Source: an uncultured Nitrososphaerota archaeon
Lineage (GTDB): Archaea; Thermoproteota; Nitrososphaeria; Conexivisphaerales; DTJL01
DNA length: 42,476 bases
Assembly (NCBI GenBank): GCA_963842885.1
Contig: CAWJIE010000001.1
Span: forward strand, 1-42,476
Direction: 5' to 3'
A model generated the notes under the pieces. The model was not told where the DNA came from, did not search any database, and saw nothing but the letters and a program-made list of their open reading frames with translations. Below are positions 1 through 8,860 of the stretch, one piece after another; position 1 is the first letter of the stretch; each line of letters opens with the position of its first letter. A program made the position numbers and the translations under genes.

Positions 1-2
1 CC

Positions 3-605
3 GCAAAGCCAACATCGCAGCGCGCCGCGGCAAGACCCTCGTTGCTGAAACCGTCGTCTCTTAACGAGCAAGCTCCCGCCACTTTCAAGGCCAAGTTTAC
101 AACCACCAAGGGAGACTTCGTGGTGGAGGTCAAGCGCTCCTGGTCGCCGCTGGGCGCGGATCGTTTCTACAACCTCGTCAAGAACCATTTCTACGACGGC
201 GCCGCCTTCTTCCGCGTGCTGCCGGGTTTCGTGGTGCAATTCGGAATCAGCGCCAACCCCGAAATTTCCCGGGTATGGGCCTCCGCCCACGTCAAGGACG
301 ATCGCGTCACCCAGAGCAACCTGGAAGGCTACCTGACCTTCGCCACCTCCGGCCCCAACACCAGGACTACCCAGGTCTTCATCAGCCTCGCCAACAACCA
401 GAACCTCGACGGCATGGGCTTCTCGCCCTTCGGCAAAGTCATCGAAGGCATGGACGTGGTGGAAAAGTTCTACAGCGGTTATGGCGAAGGTGCACCGAGC
501 GGCAAAGGCCCTGAGCAGAGCCGAATTACAAACGAAGGCAAAGCCTATCTCGACAAAAGCTTCCCGCTGCTGGATAGCATCAAGACGGCCGTCATCGTTC
601 AGTAA
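3..605 (+). CDS. Cyclophilin-type peptidyl-prolyl cis-trans isomerase (5'-partial)
   Basis: Cyclophilin motifs FYDGAAFFRVLPGFVVQFG, TFATSGPNTRTTQVFI and FSPFGKV. The frame is open to the window start. Confidence 0.93.
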   Translation, partial: AKPTSQRAAARPSLLKPSSLNEQAPATFKAKFTTTKGDFVVEVKRSWSPLGADRFYNLVKNHFYDGAAFFRVLPGFVVQFGISANPEISRVWASAHVKDDRVTQSNLEGYLTFATSGPNTRTTQVFISLANNQNLDGMGFSPFGKVIEGMDVVEKFYSGYGEGAPSGKGPEQSRITNEGKAYLDKSFPLLDSIKTAVIVQ

Positions 606-606
606 T

Positions 607-762
607 CAGTGGTCAGTTGTCAGTTTTCAGTTAGGCGTGGCCAGCCTTCGCAGGCTAAGAGGAATTAAGAGCCTGGGCGGGGTCGCGGTCTTACCATTTT
701 CGAGTTTCGAATTTCGAGTGCCGATTTTCCAGTTTCCATTTTCTATTTTCCAGTTTCTAGTT
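607..762. repeat. Degenerate heptanucleotide tandem repeats
   Basis: Intergenic runs with 7-nt periodicity: cagtggt/cagttgt/cagtttt and tttcgag/tttccag/tttctag. Confidence 0.65.
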
Positions 763-776
763 CAACGGAGCCCCCG

Positions 777-1307
777 ATGACCGATCTAAGACCTGGCAAA
801 TACGCAATCTTCGCGACCAGCCTGGGCGAGATTACCTGCGAGCTGTTCCCGCAACACGCCCCGGAAACGGTGGCGAATTTTGTGGGTCTCGCGACAGGAA
901 CGAAGGAGTTCATTGACCCGAAGACGCGCAAGCCCGCCAAGCGCCCCTTCTACGATGGATTGATCTTCCATCGCGTCATACCCGAATTCATGATCCAGGG
1001 CGGCTGCCCGCTCGGGACCGGCACCGGTGGCCCTGGTTATGAGTTCAAAGATGAATTCGCCAAGGGCGTGGGGTTTGATAAGCCGGGCAAGCTGGCCATG
1101 GCCAATGCCGGTCCGGGCACAAATGGCAGCCAGTTCTTCATAACGCTTGTGCCCACAGCCTGGCTGAATAACCACCACACCATCTTCGGTCAAGTCGTGA
1201 AAGGCCAGGAGGTCGTCGAGAGAATCGCTGCTGTGGCGCGCGAGCGGAACGACCGGCCAAAAACGCCTGTGGTGATCAATGCAGTGAAGATCGTAGATGT
1301 GCCGTAG
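777..1307 (+). CDS. Cyclophilin-type peptidyl-prolyl cis-trans isomerase
   Basis: Motifs FYDGLIFHRVIPEFMIQGGCP, LAMANAGPGTNGSQFFIT and WLNNHHTIFGQV. Confidence 0.96.
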   Translation: MTDLRPGKYAIFATSLGEITCELFPQHAPETVANFVGLATGTKEFIDPKTRKPAKRPFYDGLIFHRVIPEFMIQGGCPLGTGTGGPGYEFKDEFAKGVGFDKPGKLAMANAGPGTNGSQFFITLVPTAWLNNHHTIFGQVVKGQEVVERIAAVARERNDRPKTPVVINAVKIVDVP

Positions 1308-1525
1308 GGGTTCGGTTCTGATGTGGGCGGGATTTCCATTTGCGCCACACATTTCGCTTTCTTGAAGTGTTCTGCGCCAGCGGCATCCTGTTGCCACGTA
1401 TTTTCAAGGGGTTAGAAGAATGCTGAGGAGATGGCGGACGAGCGTACAAGTGTGGCATTTTGACACACTGCGCGGTTCGCCCGCATAACTGTACGCTACA
1501 TAGATAGCCCAGGAAAGAGGCAACT

Positions 1526-1868
1526 GCGGAGATTCTTCGCCCCGACAAGTCGGGGCTCAGAATGACAGACGTCTGGAAAAGGGGCGGGCAAGGAATGACA
1601 GGCGTGCGGAGATTCTTCGCCCGCCAAAAAAACGGCGGGCTCTCCAGAAACTCGACGCATTACTCGTTTCCATTGAGCAGCTTGGGCCGAGCCTGTCTGA
1701 TCCGTCCTCGCCCCGCAACTAACCCCTCACTCGGCCCGCGACGGCTGGTGAAAGCGCCATCGCGGTCCACCCTCTCCCCTTGGGAGAGGGCAGACTCACT
1801 TTAGGATGTGCTCCGTTTCTGACATCACGGAGAGCGTTCTTCGGCTATACATGCCCAGAATGACAGGC
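1526..1868. repeat. Cluster of REP-like palindromic elements
   Basis: Two copies of GCGGAGATTCTTCGCCC followed by a hairpin (1526, ~1606), recurring AGAATGACAG ends, and a CCCTCTCCC-CTT-GGGAGAGGG hairpin at ~1771-1790, all between convergent genes. Confidence 0.6.
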
Positions 1869-1889
1869 GTTTGGAAGAGGAACACCCCT

Positions 1890-1942
1890 ATCTGCCTCCG
1901 CCTTTGGCCTTCTGCCTTCTGACTTCTGGCTCCTGACTTCTT
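1890..1942. repeat. Heptanucleotide tandem repeat (TTCTGNC-like)
   Basis: ttctgcc ttctgac ttctggc tcctgac, downstream of mdh. Confidence 0.6.
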
Positions 1943-1967
1943 GCTTCTTGCTCCTTTTTTGGTCCCA

Positions 1968-2906
<939 letters not shown>

Positions 2907-2915
2907 TCAAGAAAG

Positions 2916-3115
2916 ATAGTAGGCAGTAGGCGGTAGCCAGAAGACAGTATGCAGAAGGCAGTGGCTAGAAGGTAGTAGGCGGGGGACAGCGCCAATCTAA
3001 AATTTGAAATCTAAAATCTAAAATCCAAAATCGCCACAGCCCACAGCCCCAGGCACCCAGTCTCCCTTGGCACCTGACACCCGACACCTGTCTCCCCCCC
3101 CCCACATACCACCTA
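2916..3115. repeat. Mixed heptanucleotide tandem repeats
   Basis: gtaggca-type, aaatcta-type and cacctga-type runs in the icd-mdh spacer. Confidence 0.65.
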
Positions 3116-3443
3116 CTACCTACCACCTACCGTTCTTACGTTCTCAATGATGGCGCCCGCAAAAGCGCTCGTGCTGAGCCTCTGAACGCCGGTGATGCCG
3201 TCCATGACCATCAGCCGCTCCAGGTCGTATGTGACGCGGTGTTGCGCGATAGTCGCGGCCAAGGCGTCCTCGATCGACTTGCCAACCTCGGGCCAGCCGA
3301 TGAATTCGAACATTAACGCGCCGGAACGGATCACAGCGCCGTTTTTTCGATAACTCGCGGCCAAGGCGTCCTCGATCGACTTGCCAACCTCGGGCCAGCC
3401 GATGAATTCGAACATTAACGCGCCGGAACGGATCACAGCGCCG
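3116..3443 (-). pseudogene. icd: Isocitrate dehydrogenase (NADP), 3'-terminal fragment with internal duplication
   Basis: IDH C-terminal motifs PGAVIRSGALMFEFIGW and VTYDLER...LSTSAFAGAII. The 5' part of the gene is absent. Confidence 0.85.
3253..3443. repeat. Exact 89-bp direct repeat (3253-3341 and 3355-3443)
   Basis: tcgcggccaaggcg...gatcacagcgccg occurs twice, separated by ttttttcgataac (period 102). Confidence 0.93.
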
Positions 3444-3604
3444 GGATGCCCGCCCATTTGGAACCCTGAGTCGAACGTCAGGCTTCGCCGCGACCCATCT
3501 TGCGAATGGCGACCTCGACGCGGTCCCCCTTGCTTGCAAAGACTAAGGTCGGCTCAGAACTCAAAATCCAGCTCATCCCGAAGTCGCATGGCTAGAGTCT
3601 TCAT
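3444..3604 (-). pseudogene. Possible N-terminal fragment of an archaeal CBS-domain protein, broken at the junction
   Basis: Frameshifted reading EPTLVFASKGDRVEVAIRKM...LTFDS..QMAGI resembles a CBS domain. TATA-like TTATTAAG lies ~26 bp upstream of the ATG at 3604. Confidence 0.3.
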
Positions 3605-3735
3605 CGCCACTTGCCAGACCGCGGCCCTCGCTTAATAATCATATCTCAGGGGTTCGGGCGACCTGGCCATCAGCCCCGAATCCTCTAGCCGTTGATAAGC
3701 TCCTTCCTCCTGCTCATGTGGGAAGAGGGAAGATT

Positions 3736-4478
3736 ATGAAGCGCACGACTCGGTCGACCAAACTGCTCTTCCCCGCCAGGTTGTCGGAGGGGGTCATCAG
3801 GTCGCGTCCCAACAGGTTCGTCATGCTTGTGGAACTGGAAGGGAGGGTCGAGAGGTGCCACTGCCCCACGACGGGGAGGCTCCGGGACCTGCCTCTCTCT
3901 GGTCTGCGCTGCCTTGCTTCCAGGAAAGCTGGGCCGGCCGCAAGACCGCCTACACAGTCGAAGCCATTTCACCTGACCCCGCAAGAGGAGGGCAGGACTT
4001 GGATCGGAATCAACCAGACGGCCGCCAACGCCTACGTCAACTTCTTTTTGGTCTCCGGGCAGCTCTCGGAGATGGTACAGGGGAGGTGCGACGGGAGGTC
4101 AAGCTGGGACATTCTCGGATTGATTTCCAGGTCGGCGACACTTTCTTGGAGGTGAAGACCCCCCTCATAATGCTCCCGTCCGCAGGTCGTTCGAAGGTGA
4201 AGCATGCGAGGTTCGACTCCTTCGACAGGCTGATCAAGCACTTCGCCGAGCTATCTTCGTCCTTGGCCGGCGGGGGGAGGGCCATAATGGCCCTCTGCTA
4301 CCTCTACGACGCACCCCGTTCGTCGGCCGCCCGAGACAGGTTCAACGGCAAAATCATCGATGCGGCGGAATCTGCGTCGGCCCGGGGAGTCGAGAGCTGG
4401 CAGATCAACATGTGCATCGATGAGTCTGGGGTCTCGCTGACCAGACACTTCAGATTGGGCAGAGCCCCATCCGAGTGA
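3736..4478 (+). CDS. sfsA: SfsA family DNA/RNA nuclease (frameshifted in this sequence)
   Basis: RPNRFVMLVEL...RCHCPTTGRL, WIGINQTAAN and EVKLGHSRIDF...FLEVK, spread over two overlapping ORFs. Confidence 0.85.
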
Positions 4479-4571
4479 CTCGATTGGACTGCTGAATCCT
4501 ACCCTTTCATGCGACGGCATAGCCGTTATTTACTTGACTTACCTAGGTTAAGGGCTGTAAGTGGCACATCC

Positions 4572-5032
4572 ATGGTCGAGATTAGCATTGAAGCCACTCT
4601 AGAGAGGTTTAGGATGTTCCTCATTTACAGCACCTGCCGGTCCTATATTCCTGAGAGCTACTTCCACGATTCTCAGGTCTTCCCTGAACGTGACATCGGT
4701 CAGGGGGCCATCTATGTGGAGGCCACGGACAAGGCTAGCCTCAAGAAGATTAGGGACATCGATTTCGTCGACGCCAGGACGTCCTCGGAGTGATATACGA
4801 ATCCAAGAGCGGCAATACGAAGCTTCGTTGGAGGCAGATCAGGGGGTCCTCCGGAAGGGTGACCGGTGTCGCGTCGGCCAACGCTCTCACCAACTTGATC
4901 AATTCTGGCGTCGTCACCTTGGAGTATGTGGAGGAAGTGGTTTCTAGGATGAACGCTGCAAGCGAAGGAAAGGGCGCCGGAGGTTCTGCCGATGAGTCGC
5001 CCCCCGATGGCCCCCTTTCACGCAGAGACTAA
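4572..5032 (+). CDS. Hypothetical protein (one frameshift near 4780)
   Basis: ORFs 4509-4793 and 4790-5032 join into one protein-like sequence (MVEISIEATLERF...IYESKSGNTKLRWRQ). Confidence 0.6.
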
Positions 5033-5065
5033 AGGTAAAATACGCGGAACCGATAGCTCCGGTGG

Positions 5066-5142
5066 GCGAGGCTGGTCTAGCCTAGTCAGGACGTCACCCT
5101 CCCAAGGTGGCAACGCGGGTCCAAATCCCGCGCCTCGCACCA
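5066..5142 (+). tRNA. tRNA-Gly(CCC), archaeal type, CCA encoded
   Basis: Acceptor stem GCGAGGC/GCCTCGC followed by ACCA, D arm GTCTAGCCTAGTCAGGAC, anticodon arm TCACC-CTCCCAA-GGTGG, T arm GCGGG-TCCAAAT-CCCGC. Confidence 0.88.
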
Positions 5143-5399
5143 CTCATCCTGTCCAAAGCGCTGCTATCGTGATGGATGTTTTCAATCGTCTTTGACGACT
5201 GCATGGGATTATCCAAGAGGTGCTGTAGCTATTACTGACATAAAAAGGCCATGTCGTCCGCTCCTGAGAAGTTGCAGGTTGATTGGGCGTGGGACCTGTT
5301 CGTCGTCAACAGAAGGCCTCCCACGACCGGCGGGAGGTCCTAGTCCCAGGAAGAGCGACCTCCAGACGACGATAGTTAATAGCCGCAGGTGGCTGCTGG

Positions 5400-6050
5400 T
5401 TGGTAGCGTTGTCCGAGGAAAGTCGGGTTCCGCCGTACCTGCGGGAGATACTGGAGAAGTTCGAAGACGCAGGCGTCGAGCTGAATGGGCTGACACCTCT
5501 GTCGACATGGTTCTCGTACGGGAGCAACCTGTGCAGGGCGGACTTCGAGCGGAAGATGATTATGCGTCGATCAAGCCTTTCGCTCCTCCGGGCGCGCAGG
5601 GCCTCCCTGACTGGCTGGATGAGAAGGCTCGACAACGAGTCCAGCACCAGAGGGCTTGCGTACTCTATTGGCCCTGGGCCCAGCACGTCAACGCTTGAGG
5701 GCATAGTGCATGACGTTCCTGTGGACTCCCTTCTAGACTTCCTCCAATCCGAGGGGATTCTCGACAGAGAGCATCATCTGAAGGGCGAGGAGGGCCCGAA
5801 CCGGAGGCGGTATGACATAAGGAAGATCACGGTCCAAGTGTCCGCCGGCGGCGATTCGAAGGATTGCTATGTCTTGGTCGGGCGTTGCACTCTGGTTGAC
5901 GAGTTCGCGAGGGCGAATAGGGCAAGAGGGCACCGATCGGATTTGACCGATTACATCCGCGTCTCAATCAGGGGGGCCGCGGACTTCGGCATCGATAAGT
6001 CTTCGTTCGAAGACGACCTCCTGTGGGTCGAGAGCCTGCGAGCCCTGTGA
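5400..6050 (+). CDS. Gamma-glutamylcyclotransferase (GGCT/AIG2-like) family protein
   Basis: WFSYGSNL signature, followed by RRASLTGW, LEGIVHDV and LQSEG...RYDIRKITV. Confidence 0.75.
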   Translation: MVALSEESRVPPYLREILEKFEDAGVELNGLTPLSTWFSYGSNLCRADFERKMIMRRSSLSLLRARRASLTGWMRRLDNESSTRGLAYSIGPGPSTSTLEGIVHDVPVDSLLDFLQSEGILDREHHLKGEEGPNRRRYDIRKITVQVSAGGDSKDCYVLVGRCTLVDEFARANRARGHRSDLTDYIRVSIRGAADFGIDKSSFEDDLLWVESLRAL

Positions 6051-6136
6051 CGGCCTCTGCTACTTGGGACCTACCGTCGTCAACTACCGTCAGGCTCGAG
6101 CCGTGGGTCTGAAGTATAAGAAGGAGTCATCTCGGC

Positions 6137-6870
6137 ATGGTACCTGTGAGACATCCTTCCGACAACTGGGACTTGGCATGGGAAAAGGAGGCCAGTCCGC
6201 TGGAAGTGAACCCTCGGGCTTGCACGTTCATCATAAACCCCAGTTGCGATGCGGGTGATGCATTGGAAAAGCTCAGAGAGAAGCTGAAGGGAAAGAAGTT
6301 TGCCGTAGAGAACGAAAGCGGCGAAAGGTCCTGGCCAGGCTTCAAGGCGACGTACCTGAAGTCGGAGGTGTTGGCCAGCGTGTACGAGGATACGATGGTC
6401 GTGAATACCATAGGAGCAAGGGCTAAAAGGCCATCCAGGATCACATTGGCGGCGCCATCGGCGATATCGGCTTCGGCTTCCACGAGCTGCCACACAGAAC
6501 CTGGACGGTGGAGCTAGACAAGCGGCTCATCCTGTGCGGCAGGACCGGCATGCCAAGGGACGACGAGAGGACCTATCCCGAGACGGACTATGAGTTGAAG
6601 AAGGGAGCAGACTTGGCGGGGAGGGCGCGGCTCTCCTATTACGATTCGGAGATGGACGAAGAAGGCGTCCCCACGATACAGCTGCTCGAGATACGGAAGG
6701 GCCTCCGCCGCCGCGGCTACGGCAGGAGGATGCTGGAGGCCATCGAGTTTGACATGAAGGACATGTTCTTCCCCAAGATATGGGCCACCAACATGCAGGA
6801 CTATGGCTTCTGGGAGAGCATGGATACGAGTCCGACCTGGAAGAAGGGTGGAAGGAGCTGGCATAGGCCG
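6137..6870 (+). CDS. Protein with C-terminal GNAT acetyltransferase domain (frameshifted; may be two genes)
   Basis: IQLLEIRKGLRRRGYGRRMLEAIE is GNAT motif A, followed by YGFWESM. The upstream ORF 6137-6517 appears to run into it across a frameshift. Confidence 0.6.
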
Positions 6871-7131
6871 GCAGGGGATACGAAGGTGCCCCTCTCAATC
6901 CCACCGGCGAGTATGTAGTCACCAGCACTTCTGGGAACATGAAGTAGACCGGCTCGCCTAAGGGGTTGTACGAGTGCTTCGGAAGATGTCGATGACCACG
7001 ACTTTGAGCTTGAGCAGGGTGCCGTCTTCCAGTTCGTACCTATACCAGGGTTCTGCTACGATGGAGCAATCGATGGGCTCCGTGTTCGACAGGTCGAAGG
7101 GGTATGCCCCTTCGCCTGGGGCGCCGCTCAT
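6870..7131 (-). CDS. Small hypothetical protein (frameshifted; 3' end uncertain)
   Basis: Own translation: MSGAPGEGAYPFDLSNTEPIDCSIVAEPWYRYELEDGTLLKLKVVVIDIFR...YNPLGEPVYFMFPEVLV. Confidence 0.45.
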
Positions 7132-7458
7132 CGATGGACTCTAGCCTGCGTTCACACATAAGCGTGAGCCTCCTGCCACTTATCATCACCAAGTTCTGAC
7201 GACTAGCAAGGATTCTGTACCAATGGGATTCCCTGTGAGATTCGCCCAGTCCGAGGCACTCCTAAGGGGAGCGGGAGCTGGCTCGCGGCTGGTCCCCGGT
7301 TCGTTGCGGACGTCGGCGGCGCCGCCCCTGCACTCGCGACGTTTCCATGGCCGAGCGTTGCAGTGCTCCGCGTGCCGACATGAGCAGCCTTCAACGCGCG
7401 CGTTTCAGGCAACTTTTTCAACGCCGGAGTGAATCGGACTGGTCGTCCCGGAAGAGAT

Positions 7459-8588
7459 ATGACCCCTCGCCAAATGGTCCTGCTCGAGAGGCTGAAGGTC
7501 CTCTGCGACCGCGCTTCGTCGGGCGCACTCCTCCCAGCCGGCGTCGTCTCGGTATGGGGGTACGGAAGCTACTTCAGGAACAAGGAGCGCCCCAGGGACG
7601 TGGACCTCGACATCGTCATCGACAGGAGCGGCCCCGGCTTCGAACTCTGGAGGCTGCTCTACGACAAGTTCGACGAAGCAGCCCACGGCTACGAGGACCC
7701 TAAGGTTGGCGTCAAGCGCTACTTCGGCCGGCTCTACAGGGGGGAGCCCGGCGTCCGCAAGAGGGTGCAGGAAACGATGGACCTGTGGCTGGATGGCTAA
7801 CATGGTCGCATTTCGCGAAGGCCTACAACTGCCCGCCGAACGCGGAGTTCATCCTGAAGCGGGTCCTTACTAGGGGGCTTCCTGGGGTCCACATCTTCAC
7901 GGCCATGGGGTCGCTGGACGAAATCAAGGAGTGGAGCAAGGCGAAGGAGTTCGTCCTGATCTGGGACAGGGAGCACCCCGACGTCGAGGCGAACGTGAAG
8001 ACCTCCCTAGGCGAAGATGCCCTTTCGAAGAGGGTGGCGGAGGAAGCGAAGACCATGAGGGCACAGCTGGGGGGTTACCTCTTCGAGGAGGAGGTCAACA
8101 CCAAGCTGTTCAAGGAGCTGGTCGAATTACACGAGAGGCCTCCGACGCTGGACTTCGACGGTTGGGAGCAGTGGCTGCTGGCTGCAGCCGGGAAGGAATT
8201 CGGAGGCTCCCAGGGAGTGACGAGTACGGTCTCCAACATCTACGCCGGATGGCCGGTTCTGGTGACAGAAGCATCGACCGATGGCATTCCGGAGATGCCT
8301 GTGGAGGAGCTGCGGGAGGAGCTGAGGGACGCGCTTGGGAGGGTGGAAGTGGAGCGCGAAGCAGTGAAGGCGATCATCTGCTACTACAGGGAAGGGAAGG
8401 AGCCCGAGCGCCGCTGGAGGGAGTATGTGGCTGCTCTGGCAATGAAGAACAGCCCGAAAGAGGCCATTCCCGAGCGATTCATGAGGATGACGGTCGCCCG
8501 GCTTGGATTGCCTTCGGACGTCGACTGGCGCAATTACTGGACCTACACGAACAGCTGGGAAAGGACGACTAAGGAAAGAGGGTTTTGA
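7459..8588 (+). CDS. Pol-beta superfamily nucleotidyltransferase-domain protein with long C-terminal extension (frameshift near 7795)
   Basis: VSVWGYGSYFRNKERPRDVDLDI fits hG[GS]x(9)DhD. ORFs 7429-7800 and 7785-8588 overlap and appear to be one gene. Confidence 0.6.
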
Positions 8589-8860
8589 AGCCGTGGACCA
8601 CCGGATTTACGTCCAAGAGCGGCGATTCGAGCGACGACGGAACCCGCGGAACACTGGCGCAGGCCGGCGAGGCCAGGAATGTTATACCAACACAAGACGG
8701 GCAAAAAACACACATGGGACGACATGCAGCAATGTCCGCAATGGTATAACGTTCCGAGCACCAAACGTCGGCCTGGGCCAGAGTCTACCAGTACTGTGAC
8801 TCCGGACGGAGGCACCATGGTATCTGGGGAAAAGAACCAGAAGGGCCAGTTCGAGAAATG

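Noticed and set aside
7200-7430. Structured RNA upstream of the nucleotidyltransferase gene
   Set aside because: Only a couple of GC-rich palindromes (GGCGGCGCCGCC and one imperfect stem), as expected by chance at this GC content.
3718-8588. Programmed frameshifting or true pseudogenes in sfsA, 4572-5032, the GNAT gene and the NTase gene
   Set aside because: Frameshifts are scattered across unrelated genes without slippery-site patterns, which fits long-read indel errors.
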